Source: Phyllosticta citribraziliensis
Lineage: Eukaryota
Assembly (NCBI RefSeq): GCF_038025025.1
Contig: NW_027117353.1
Span: forward strand, 372,001 to 436,000
Length of the DNA: 64,000 nt
Reading direction: 5' to 3'
Both the position numbers and the translations under genes were made by a program. The number at the start of each line of letters is the position of its first letter. Position 1 is the stretch's first letter. Below the pieces are notes generated by a model. The model saw only the letters and a program-made list of their open reading frames with translations. It was not told where the DNA came from and did no database searches. Shown in pieces: positions 12,228-23,175 of this stretch.

Positions 12228-12757
12228 ATGTCGGACCGCGTAGAGACAACCACCCCTAGCAGCTCGGTACTACGCGGCATGTCCTATCACTTGAATTGTG
12301 TGCTAACAGAAGATACTATAGGACTCCGAAAGCGGCTCTGCTGAGCTGACAGCCGTTGTTGATGATCTGCTGAACCAGTTATCGACTAAGTTCCAGGGCA
12401 TATCGAAAGAGCTGCTTGACAAGAGTGAGTGCCGGAGCGCATATTTCTTTCGCACCCCCCTGCCGCAGCTCTCATCCATTGAGGGCATCCAATTTGAATT
12501 AGGACTCTGGGACTTTCATGGCATGCCGTTTATATCTTGTCTGCTGCTTCACCATTCTACAATCATCGCTTTCAATTTTGTGAAAGAGCAGTGGACTTCA
12601 TTTCCTCCTGCTCCATGACTAAGACCCTGGCTGACCGCAACCTTTCTTCGCCACCGCAGTGGACGACATGTCTCGCCGACTCGACGCGTTGGAGTCTACC
12701 ATTCAAGGCGGGGGCCCATCAGAGGGTTCCAAGAGCGAGAGTGACAACGGCTCCTAG
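12228..12757 (+). CDS. HSBP1: Heat shock factor binding protein 1 (HSBP1)-family small coiled-coil protein, 79 aa, 3 exons
   Basis: Exons 12228-12266, 12322-12424 and 12660-12757 splice to MSDRVETTTPSSSDSESGSAELTAVVDDLLNQLSTKFQGISKELLDKMDDMSRRLDALESTIQGGGPSEGSKSESDNGS*. Splice sites and branch points are canonical. The gene is absent from the ORF track. Confidence 0.88.
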
Positions 12758-15700
12758 CGACTCCGTCCATCCGTCACACCTCCGCTGCTCCGCACCTCGT
12801 ACCGTAATGATCGGCCCCTCCCGCTCTCCCGTCCTTTCGAGCCTCTCACCTGGTCCTTTTCCGCCTGGTTCTAGACCGCAGTCCTTGACTCGGGTACTCA
12901 TCAGGTGCAACCCGCAAATCGTCACTTTTCTGCTTGGCCGACAAACTCTGCGTAATTCTTTCGATTCGTGGGTCCTCCAAAGCAAGAAGAATGCGCAGGG
13001 CATGATACGAATTTTCGGATACTTTGGAAAATCAGCGCGCACGCACATCGTCATGATCCTTCTTCACGCAACAATATCACGGAGCGGGATTACGCTGCCG
13101 TTGATGGCGCAAGGCGTTTTGACTTTACCAAGCAGTTGCTTATCTGGCTTCTCCAATCGTCTTCTGTCCAATAAGCTTGAATGATTGCCGACCTCCTCAA
13201 AAGCGAAAGAGCATCATGGTGCACTCTCTCCAACGCCTTGTCGCCTTAAAATGGTAACTTGGCAGTCGTTTTCACACCGGAGCCACACTTGGCATCGCTT
13301 TCAACAATAGCGATCGCGGCCGGGCGAGCGAGACTTCAGCCCTGTCACATCCGCAAAACTACCAAGACAGCCCATCACCCATCAACCACATCCGCCTTCC
13401 AAAAGCAACGATAGCATAAGCATGGATAAGCAAATGCGAGCAAGGGCCAGCCCGACAATGGATATTGACTTGTGGAACATTAATATGTTGGACAACTAGG
13501 TCTCCATGTCTAGCACATTGCAGCGAAGGGGCTGGAACCGGGAGAAGCAAGGGTTCTATTTAGGATTGGGGTCCGGGACAAGCTAGGTTAGCTGGCGCAG
13601 CGCACTGAACACACCTTACCCGCACACTCACCACGCTCCTTACGCTGCACATGTGTTTTCTTCGTCTTTACCCAGCTTTCTGTCTCGCTGGAGCTCGCGG
13701 TGTGCGTTCTAGATCGCCGTATGCAGGTACAGCTTACTGGGTTCATCGCCGACTACCAGAGTGACGGGCTGTCCGTCGAGACCACTAATAGTCAACCCTT
13801 ACTACAGTAACTTCACTCTGCAAAATCGACAGTCTCTTCTCAACGCAGCCATGGACCGTCGCGAATCACTGCTCGCCGCCCGCCAGCCAGTCACCAGCCA
13901 GCCCATCAAGCATCTCGAGCACCCAGCCAGCCAGCCAGCCACCACCTCGCAGCACAGTCGACTGACCAGCAAACCCCCTGCCTGATCCAAGTACGCAGCA
14001 CCTATTGCACGGCTCTCGACCGGTGGCCGGTCCCAAACCCACCAGGATACAGCGGGACACGCGCACTTAGCCGCGTCCCCGGCCCAGCTCCCTGTGCCTG
14101 TCCATCCATATTGCTTGCTTGCTTGCGAGCTAGCTAGCTACCTGGGCCCCCTTCCCGCCTGCCTCGGAGCCGTGACTAAACACGTTTCGAACACTAAATC
14201 GCACCACTCGTGTTGATCTGCCTCGCTCTCTCTCCTTTTTGGGACAGCCAGCCAGTCAGCCCACATAAAGTCAAGTCAAGCTGGTCGGTCTGGTCTGGTC
14301 TGTGCGTGTGTTGCGTGCTGTGGCTGCAGTAACCAAGTTCGGTGGCTTGCTGCACCATCAGAGTACAGCCTTTCGCCGCGGCTCCGCGACTCGACTCGAC
14401 TCTGTGACCAACGCTTCGATAAGCATGTCCTCTTTCTCACCCTCACACCTTCGCGCTTACTTTGCGCTTTATGGTTCGCGCTCGCGGGCCGGTCTTTGAG
14501 TCTAACTGACGCCCTTCTCTTTGGGACCGAGGGTCGGCGATTGCGCAATGTTGTAACTATTTGCGGCGACGGCTGGCAGGGCGTGTGTGTTGGTCTTCAG
14601 CCTTGTGAACTGGTTGACCGAGGCCATGGCTAGTCGATGAGAGTGGACCTCTCGAGGGGATGGACGTCGCGATGCAGCCTGGCCGCAGGCACGCAGCCCG
14701 TCGCTGCGGGAGCGAGCTCTACGGAAATGTGAAACGAGACCTTCGCGGCTATGTGTGATGGAGGGTGAGTTCAGTTGGCTGAAGTCCTCGCGATATGGAT
14801 GCTGTGAAGGTGTAGATAGGATAAAAGGCGAGGGCCGCCGCATGCTGTGTCGGGCTGGAGTGGGAGTCAGTCAGGGGCGGCGTGAATATGGGCAAAGCAG
14901 CGGATGTGAAGACTGAAGCTTGATAGCAGACAGCATCCACGTTATACTTGTTGTTGTGATGCCATCTTCACGATGAACTAGAGGCTATGCGTAGCATGAT
15001 AGCTTACGGCCATGCTGTAGTCAACTAGGGGGGGGGTAAACACCTCGATAGAGGATATCACCTACAGAAAAGAAAGCGTACTAACCACGGTAACCACCCA
15101 TTCTACATCTTTCATTAAATTCAACTACGCATATCCACAGCCTCCTTACACAATAATACCCCAGCACCTACCCTATCTCCTAACGCCCATTATACCAATA
15201 ATCCCATAGTACAGGGTTACTCGCCCAATTTCTCTCCATCCCATCCCATCCCATCACATCACACCGCATCCTATCCAGCCCAAAGCGCTCTAGTCAGGCA
15301 CCACCACCACCAGCACCACCACACCCTGACACATGCATGCACACATGCCTGCCGCGCCAGGCATCATTTCCACCACCCACACCACCCTCCGTTTACACTT
15401 ATACGAGGCAGCGTGCGCATCGCGAGCTCTCTCCTCCACACATTCTCAAAGCACTCAACGACCAGCCAGCCCCGTCCGCCGCTCGCATGCCCCCCTGTTT
15501 TCCAAGCTGTGTCATGTTGGTAATGAACGGGGTGTTTTTGTTTACGAATCCCCTTTTTCGTTATGCGTTAATGCCCTGGCTGGGGTTTTTCGCTTCGTCT
15601 TTTTTCGTACGCTGGAGCTGTGGGGTTTGGGTCTCTTGCACCCCCTTTTTTGCAATTTTTCCCTTTCCTTTTCTGGCTCTGAGCAGGAGGGGCTGAGCGT

Positions 15701-16105
15701 CCGGCGAGAGGAACAACAGACAGACGGACGGTCTGTCAGACTGACTGGTCCCGTCACGTCAAGCAACAGCCCTACACACAAGCCCAGCCTAATGAGTTTT
15801 TTTCGGCAGCAGCGTGCAAAATCCGCACGGGTAGTACATGTCACAGGCGGCATTTCCAAGGCACCCGAGTCATCGCAACAGCAGGAGAGAAGGCATTGTT
15901 GATTTAGAGGTATTTGCCTGGTATCTAGCTTCTCGACTATCGTCTGTTCTGCGTAGCTCTGCGTGTGGTGGCTTCGCTGCAGGCCCTGAGCGGGCCAACA
16001 GAGTCAAGCCAGCTTTCCAGCAATCCTTTCTCCCCTCTGCAGCCGACATTCCCCCTATGCTGCTGACACCTCGACGCAGCCGCCGCCCTTCGCAAGCTCA
16101 ATACT

Positions 16106-16301
16106 TCAGGCTGACGTAGCCCCGGCGCCGCACTGCGCGCACACGAGCCGATGCCCCGCATCCAACGCCTTCGCGTTGAACTTCCTGCAGCCGCAGCCGC
16201 GACAGAAAACGGCGTCGCCTTCGCCTTCGACGCTGCTGTCCGCCTCGCTGCTGAGCTGACTGACGAAGCTCGCGCTGGGATGCGGCGCCGGCGCCGGCGC
16301 C

Positions 16302-16348
<47 letters not shown>

Positions 16349-19285
16349 CTGCCCCTTCCACGTGGGATGGACGTTTTCCTGCCGATGGTTGCCGTTGACC
16401 TCGCGAACGGCGTCGCCGTGCGGATTCGTCGACGATCGCTGCGATCGAGGGACGGGCAGTGACGGTTGAGGCGATTGCGGCGACGAATGGGAACCCAAAG
16501 CGCCGCCGGAAGTTTGGGGACGAAGGTTGGAATCTGAGCGCTTCTTGGCGGGGGCGGCGGCGGCGTTTTCGTGTAGGTGGTGGTGATGGTGCTGGTTCGG
16601 CAGAGGCGGCGGAGTGCCGTTGTCGATGCGAGCGTGCGATGATCGCGCAGAAGCAATGCTGAACCGGTTGGGAGACGCACTTCGGCCGCCTCCCGTCTTG
16701 CCATTCCTGATGCTGCTTGCGCCGCTGCCGGCTATATTCTGGCGCCACGAAAGTATGCGATCGGATGAAGGTTGCGTATCAGTGGTCGCTGTCGAGTCCC
16801 GCCTGTTGCGATTACTCGACTGTGTCTTGGTGGAGTTGCTGCGGCGTACGCCGATGCTGAATCCCATGCTTTTGCCCGACCCAACAGTCTTTCGAGAAAA
16901 GACGGAGCCGGCGTCCCAATTGTCATGGGCATTTTTCCTCTTGACGAACGCGCAGTCCTGGCGGAACACTTTGATGCATCCCGTATAGTCTGCAGTCACA
17001 ATGATTTGACCGTCAGTGTGCGCCGACCTCGCAATGTAAGCTGGCGTTTCCTGCGCTCGTTTGAAATTGCTGGCTTTCGGGGTTCCTTGGACGCTTCCGT
17101 TTTCCGAGTTTGGCTTTGAAGATACGGATTCGGTGCGGCTGACAAGAGTCACGGGCGGAGGATTACACAGGTCGTATACGGGATCTTCGGAGCCACTGAG
17201 GAGTTGCCGCGTCTTCGTAGGGGCCATAATGGCGCACGTCGCGATTGAGTTGTGAGCTTCAAACATTTCCACGGGTCTCTGGTTTCTGTTGTCGCCTTCG
17301 GTAGGGCCCGTTGACCAAATGTAGGCTTTGTGGTCCTCACTTCCACAAATCACGTACTTGGCGTCATCACTGAACGAGGCTCGTATTTGGCTGTAGTTGT
17401 TTTCTTGACCTCGAAATTTGATCTCCAGTCCCTTGTCCCGGAAACTGTATAGCCGTATTCTGGAGTCATTGCTCGAGACTAGCAGTTTGACCTCCCCGGC
17501 TGTTGCTCCTGGCGTTGTTTGCATTACTTGGATGCCTGTGATTTTGCTGCCTTTTGAATTCTTCCCGCGGTTTGATTTGACGTGTAATTGCGTCTGATAT
17601 TTCAACCCGTCCGTGTCGTAAAAGAGGCACAGTCCGTTGAGCGTACCGGCGACAGCTGTCTTGCCGTCGGGCGTGAAGGATACCGCCGTAATCATTTCTG
17701 GAAGTTGGTTCCAGAATGCCACACTCTTGTCGGGGATACTCCATAGCCTCAATTTCGTGTCCAGGGATCCGGCGAGGAAGAATCGGTCGTCCTTGGGGTG
17801 AAACTGGATCGACGGTACAAAGTCTGCGTGCTTGAACGTACAGAGGCAATCCGGCCTGCTGATGTGCCAGAGGCGAACTGTCTTGTCCATGGAAGAGGAG
17901 AGCAGGAAGTTGTTCTGCTAATGTTAAAAAACCGTCGCATGCGTAAAACATGGCCCACATACCTTGCTCCAGCTCAAGTCTAATATCGTTGATTCGTGTC
18001 CCTTGTATTCCCTAAACGTCTTCTTTTGGAAGACAGGTGCGTTGAGATGCAATCCCGAGCCGTCTAAAGACCCGTTGCCAACCTCCTCGGCCTGCTCATG
18101 CGCTGCGCGCTCTTCTGGGTTTGCAATTACCGCCCATACCCGTACAACCTTGTCCTGTCCGCCCGCAGCGAGGTATCTCCCATCCTTACTAAATTCCAAA
18201 GCCCACACTGGGTTGTCCGAAGCCTGCCTCGGGGGGTTGCCGCTTCCCGATCCTCCGCTCGTGGTTTGTCTTTGATCCTCTTGTCCAGGGGGTTTTGTGC
18301 GTAGTTCTTGCGCCAGGAACACACGATCAAACTCCTTTTCCTTCTTGAACTTCGCCCGGATCTTGATATAACGTGGAGGTTGCGGATGGCGTGGGCTGTA
18401 TCCAAAGTTGTCGATGGGTTGCGAGAAGAGTTCAGCGTCCATGCCTTCGGGTCGGAATACGCTCGAAGCGTCATCGTCGGCAATCTGGAAGGCAGCGTCT
18501 TTCTTCTTATTGCCGATGAATCGACTCAGAAATGACACTCCTTTCCTGCTTGGACAAATAGGGAGTCGTCAGCGTCGGTACCAGATCGTCAGTACGGCTT
18601 ACGTTTGCATGACTAGTGTAATTGGGAACAATCAAAGCTTCAACTCCCGACTCTGCCTTAAATGTGGATCCAACCGAACAGAGACGCGCTATAAATAAGC
18701 GGCGGGAGATCAATGCGAGCTTACTTTTTCGAAGGAGCCAAAGACGCGGCATCGCTCTTGTTCACTTCTCTCGAGGTTTTGGGACTAGCCGCGTTGTCGG
18801 TCGTCGCGTTGGCCGCGTCTTCAGTCGCGGAGCGAAACTTTTGCAGAACGTCGGTCTGGGTGTTTGTACGCTTGAATATTTGCTGCATTGGAGCGGGTTA
18901 GAGGACGGAGGCTGAAGAGTGGGGTAGCGATGGCGACATGCCTGCGAGAGAGGATCTATGGGTGCCTGCGATTCAACCATGGCGATTCCCTCGTCCTTGT
19001 CGGCCGGCGGTTGCTCTTTCGAAGGGCGGGTGCCTGTGGAGACTTGGTCCTTGGAAGTGTTTGACTGGGACATGTTTCCGCTCGACAGTGATCGGGCTAG
19101 TGGTCGAGTTAGTCTGGGTTCTCAGCCAAAATCAAGCTCCCTCTCGTACTCGAGCTTGCCGGTGTAATGCGACCCCCATCGTCGAAAGCATTGTCAAGCG
19201 GCGACTCGGCCGGAGCGGCGCTCAAGGGGGCGTATTCGCGACTATGCGTATCCGTAACACGGATCTTGGGCAGTGCGTCGGACAT
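16106..19285 (-). CDS. WD40-repeat protein, WDR44/Dgr2 (YMR102C)-like
   Basis: WD repeats 'VWALEFSKDGRYLAAGGQDKVVRVW', 'GHESTILDLSWSK/NNFLLSSSMDKTVRLWH' and 'FHPKDDRFFLAGSLD'. N-terminal exons start at MSDALPKIRV (ATG at 19285). It has a poly-Q tract and a C-terminal CxxC...CxxC. Confidence 0.88.
16303..16346 (-). repeat. (CAG)14 trinucleotide tract encoding poly-Gln in the WD40 protein
   Basis: Run of ctg repeats on the + strand, translating as QKQQQQQQQQQQQQQQPAPAPAP. Confidence 0.9.
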
Positions 19286-19950
19286 GTTGAAGGCGTGGCC
19301 TGTGTGGTCTCGGGAGATGCTCTGAGGGGCAGCGTCGGGGCCCCAGGGTCATGATGCGCGAGCGAATTGACCGCCGAGGATGTTTCAGTAGGGCGAGCGC
19401 AGACCGGCGTGCAGCGGACAGGTGGAGAGAAGGAGGAGCGGTGGCATCATCTGGAGTATGATCGTGAGGAAAGGCGGCAAGGGTGGTGATGGTTCCTGTC
19501 TTGTGTTAAATGAAAGCTAATTCCAGGTTGCCTTGCGGAGGGCGATGATCGTACACGTCCAGAGTCCGGTTGCGCCGGGTGACGTCCGTCGCTTGGCAGC
19601 ACGGAGGATCGATCCGACGGGAACACCTCACCATCATCCATCACCCATCATCCATTCCACCTCTAGGCTGCAATCCGCACGGCACGTGGTCTCGTAGTGG
19701 TCACGTCTGCTCAATTGGTATCTACGTATAGCCTCATCGTCCGGAATCTGTTACTCCAATGGATCATGCCCGTCCAGTGTTCCCCACCCTAGTCCGAAAA
19801 CGCCGTGTCCGTGAAATACAACAAATGCTCCAGCGCGCATCATGTGCTACGCTTGCCCACTAGAAGGAAACAAACGCCACAATCCAAGTGGAGAGTAAGC
19901 CGCCTACTGTACAATACGTCGTCATTGGTTGAAAGAGAATGGCGAGTCGC

Positions 19951-21349
19951 TCAAAAGTCCTCGTCGAAGGCAAAGTCACCCGACATGGTGGCCGGAGCGC
20001 CGTTCGACGTCTCGGGCTTCTTGTTGCTCTTCTCCATGACACCGGCCTTTTGGTAGTCACCAACCCGCTTCTCGAAGAAGTTGGTCTTGCCGTTGAGCGA
20101 AATGTTCTCCATGAAGTCGAAGGGGTTGGTCGAGTTGTAGTACTTCTTGTTGCCAAGCGCCACCAGCAGGCGGTCGGCGACAAACTCAATGTACTGGCAC
20201 ATGAGGCCGGAGTTCATGCCGAGCAGGGCAACGGGGAGAGCATCAGTGAGGAACTCTTGCTCAATCTCGACGGCCTCGATGATGATCTTCTGAACGGCCT
20301 CGGGCGAAGGCTTCGACTTGATATGAGAGAAGAGCAAGCAAGCAAAGTCGGTGTGCATTCCCTCGTCGCGAGAGATGAGCTCGTTGGAGAAGGTGAGACC
20401 AGGCATCAGGCCACGCTTCTTGAGCCAGAAGATGGACGCGAAGGAGCCGCTGAAGAAGATGCCCTCGACGGCGGCAAAGGCAATCAGACGGGATGCGAAG
20501 GTTGAGTTCTTGTCACAGATCCAGCGGAGAGCCCAGTCGGCCTTCTTCTTGATGCAAGGAACTAGGACGCGTCAGTAAGACGAGCAGGACAGTACAATTG
20601 ATGGCACATACTGTTGTCAATGGCGTTGAAGAGGTAGTTGCGCTGCTTGGGCTCGCTAATGTATGTGTCGATCAAGAGCGAGTAGGTTTCCGAGTGGATG
20701 TTCTCCATCATAATCTGGAAACCGTAGAAGCATCGAGCCTCGGGAATCTGCACCTCGGAGCTGAAACGCTCGACCAAGTTCTCGTTGACAATGCCGTCAG
20801 ACGCGGCAAAGAAGGCGAGAACGTGGGAGATGAAGAAGCGCTCATCGTCGTTCAGACGCTTGTTCCAGTCGTGAAGGTCCTTGGACAGGTCGATCTCCTC
20901 GGCGGTCCAGAACGAGGCCTCGGCCTTCTTGTACATTTGCCAGATCTGTAGCGATGTTAGCCCGAGTTTTCGCGTCCCACTTTACGCGTCGACGCGTCGA
21001 AACACGAACCTCGTGGTACTTGATGGGGAACAGCACGAAACGGTGCGGGTTCTCCTGGAGCAAAGGCTCGTGGACCTCGTCCTTCTTGATTGTGGGCGCC
21101 ACGCTGGGGTGTTCTTCATTGTCCTCGGGCAGGTCTTCGAGGTCGGGGATGCCGACGATGGGACGGGCGACCGAGTCGTCGTAGTCTTCAGAGAAGTCGA
21201 GCTTCTTGGGGGTCGAGTCGTTCATGTTGAGAGCCTCGACTGCAGCGGCAGCCTGCAAAATGGCCATTAGCATCGAGTCGAATTGGACGCGTCTTGGGGC
21301 TGAAGGGGCGGCGGCGAACCTTCTTGGAGGGGGTGACCTGAGCAGACAT
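19951..21349 (-). CDS. RNR2: Ribonucleoside-diphosphate reductase small subunit
   Basis: Four exons (introns 21253-21319, 20946-21009, 20562-20611). Motifs '[15 protein letters not shown]', '[13 protein letters not shown]', 'ENIHSETYS', '[10 protein letters not shown]', 'KTNFFEKRV' and a C-terminal FDEDF. Confidence 0.97.
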
Positions 21350-21722
21350 GACGAGACGTCTGGATGCGAGTGAAGCAAGGTGCAGATTCGAGGCAGAGAG
21401 GGGTGAATTGACGTGGAATGAGGATGCTGGATGAGGATGGCGGATGGGTAAAGAGGAAGAGGAAGCGCGGGCGGCTTTATGGGAAGATTCTCGCTTGGCG
21501 ACGCGCTAGCGTCATCGACAACGCGTCGGGGGAGCAAAACAGTCTCCCTCCACTCACAGGCCCTCAACCGCCCGCCCTGACCACCGCGATGCCGCTCGCC
21601 CAGGCATCAACCGCCCGACCACGGAGCCAGACCTGACGCATCGACGCTGTGCCCATTCCGTACATCCGACCCCCGGACCCAGTCTTAGCTACGGTACTGT
21701 GCCTCGACGCGTTGAGACGCGT
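20567..21722. promoter_or_regulatory. Cluster of MluI cell-cycle boxes (MCB, ACGCGT) in the RNR2 promoter and introns
   Basis: ACGCGT at 21717, 21707 and 21521 (upstream), 21287 (intron 1), 20992 and 20984 (intron 2, which also has ACGCGAAA at about 20968-20975) and 20567 (intron 3). Confidence 0.7.
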
Positions 21723-21887
21723 CTCCCAGCCGCTGTCTGTCATCACAACATCCAATTCATCTCACTGTGACGCCAGCCTCCGACGAGAACCATGGTTGAA
21801 TTTGGTCAGAACCAAAATACAGACCCCACCGCGACTCACAACAGCTGTCACCACTCACCAGCTAGCCAAGGCCCACCGCAAACCACG

Positions 21888-23175
21888 CTACCACGTTATG
21901 ACCGCCTTGACAGTCTTGCCCAGCTCCATATCACGGACTGCCTCGTGCCACTCCTCCGCCCTGTACAACCGAACGAGCTTGTCTACCGGAAACCTGCCCC
22001 CCTTGAACCACGCGACCATCTTCGGCACAAACTCTGAAGGGGTGGCATCTCCCTCGACAGTCCCAATAATGTGTCTGCCACTCGTCATGTGGGGGAATAC
22101 TTCGAAGCTCAATTCTTCGCCAAAGGGCGCGACGCCAACCTGCACGTACTTGCCTGCAAAACGCGTCATGGCGAGGCCTTTTCTGATGATGGCCATGGCA
22201 CCGGTCGCCTCAATCGTCACGGCCGCGCCATACCCGTCCGTCAGGGCTTGGACTTGCTTGACAAGCTCGTCCAGATTGTCCATATTGGACGTGTCGATGG
22301 TGTGCGTCGCGCCCAGCTCCCTCGCTACGCGCAGACGCGAATCCAGGCGGTCGACGCCGATGATCGTCGTGCATCCCTGCAACTTTGCACCCTGTTGTCT
22401 CTCAGCCACGTGCGTGCTCCAGGTCAAAAGAAACATAGGAACCCAAGAAATCTTCATACCATGATTGCGCTCAGCCCTACGCCGCCGAGTCCCAGGACCA
22501 GGACAGAGTCGTTCGGCCCGGGGCGCGTGAGATGTACGATGCTTGCGCTCCCTGTCTGGATGCCGCATCCGAGCGGCGCCAGAACCCGCAAGTCGGCATC
22601 AGACACGGTGCCCTTGACATTGACCACCGAATGCTGCTTGACAATGGTCCAATTGGCAAAGCTCGACTGCGAGAAGAAGCCGCCTCGCAGGTCTGGCGTC
22701 TCGCTCGCGTTGTCCTCTGAGAAGAACGCGTCGTACCCGAGAAAGTTCATCGGAGTCGACACGACGCAGTGCGCTGGATGGCCTGCCTTACAGATTGCAC
22801 ACGTCTCGCAGAAGGCGTACGAGAGCAGCACCGGGTCGCCGGGCTGTGCCACCGTGACCTTGGGGCCAACACGCTCGACATAGCCAGACCCTTTTTTTTT
22901 TAAAAAAAAAAGCCATTAGTCGCCGTCCGCTGCTCGTCTCCCATGCGTCGGCACTCACCTTCGTGGCCCTTGACTGACGGATAGTGAGTGAAGGGCGTGC
23001 CCACGGTCAGACTCCCAAACGTCACGTCCGTATGGCAGATGCCCGACGCGACGATCCTCACCACCAGCTCGTCGTCTTCTATCTCGCGCAGCCGCACCGT
23101 CTCCATCTGCCAGCCCTCACCGTCGCCAATCGGCTTGCGGCACACGATTGCGCGGGTAGAAATTGGCTCTGCCAT
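21888..23175 (-). CDS. Zinc-dependent medium-chain alcohol dehydrogenase (aryl-alcohol dehydrogenase-like)
   Basis: Motifs 'GICHTD', 'GHEG/SG', the structural zinc site 'CETCAICKAGHPAHC', 'LGCGIQTG' and the Rossmann 'GLGGVG'. Introns at 22891-22958 and about 22392-22459. Confidence 0.92.

Noticed and set aside
12425..12659. TPP riboswitch in the long introns (also considered for 51308-51796)
   Set aside because: The aptamer core arrangement (CUGAGA followed by the UGAU...UAAU...GCG segment) is absent, and the host genes are unrelated to thiamine.
12760..16100. 3.3-kb gap between HSBP1 and the WD40 gene as hiding a gene or transposon remnant
   Set aside because: I found only simple repeats and short unbiased ORFs, with no terminal repeats, transposase or RT motifs, or AT-rich RIP signature.
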